A DNA stretch of 56,887 nucleotides from NCBI GenBank assembly GCA_044373255.1, contig JBIPNL010000001.1, forward strand, positions 1-56,887, in the 5' to 3' direction. Positions 56,736-56,887 of the stretch are shown here, in pieces. The stretch comes from Candidatus Planktophila sp. (GTDB taxonomy: Bacteria; Actinomycetota; Actinomycetes; Nanopelagicales; Nanopelagicaceae). A program made the translations under genes and the position numbers. The notes beneath the pieces were generated by a model. The model was given only the letters and a program-made list of their open reading frames with translations. It made no database searches and had not been told where the DNA came from. Positions within the stretch are counted from its first letter, which is position 1; each line of letters opens with the position of its first letter.

Positions 56736-56887
56736 GGGGGTGAACGGTCTCGACTTTGGCTGTTGAGATAGGGGAAGCGGGCCGAGGAAGCCGGAATGAT
56801 CTCGTAAACCATGAAATCCGTGCACAACTAACTGCAGACAACAGTCGCAGTGATTTCGCACTAGCTGCATAAGCTAGTCCCGAATCC
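56736..56887 (+). ncRNA. ssrA: tmRNA (5' part; truncated by window end); tag ADNSRSDFALAA at 56834-56872
   Basis: 5' GGGGGTGAACGGTCTCGAC downstream of smpB; tag reading frame ending ALAA-TAA. Confidence 0.93.

Overview
About 57 kb of a densely packed, moderate-GC actinobacterial chromosome. Gene content, very short intergenic spacers and Lys/Cys-rich terminal protein motifs suggest a streamlined freshwater acI / Ca. Nanopelagicales genome (inference). Most of the window is conserved core: xseA (partial), ispH, rmuC, ychF, typA, adnAB, nudC, uvrD2, whiB7, mutM, an ABC1 kinase, the Rv3196/Rv3195/Rv3194c/Rv3193c-like block, tRNA-fMet, a Cu-ATPase, hisN, rsgA, aroA, SRAP, sigH-rshA, sodN/sodX, kgd, a Tad/Flp pilus cluster, prfB, ftsEX, smpB and tmRNA (partial). 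Accessory inserts are a secreted trypsin-like protease before whiB7 and a variable block after tRNA-fMet. Reading the DNA directly adds features absent from the ORF track: four small ORFs (Ala-rich whiB7 leader peptide with attenuator, DUF2256-like, DUF5679-like, an unrecognised Zn-ribbon), a promoter-flanked hairpin sRNA candidate of about 78 nt, and PafBC-like DNA-damage promoters, one of them before the Tad ATPase. It also shows a catalytically dead GGDEF protein with an intact I-site next to the Tad cluster, widespread leaderless and bidirectional promoters, and three short tandem-repeat arrays. No CRISPR array, integrase or transposase was seen.
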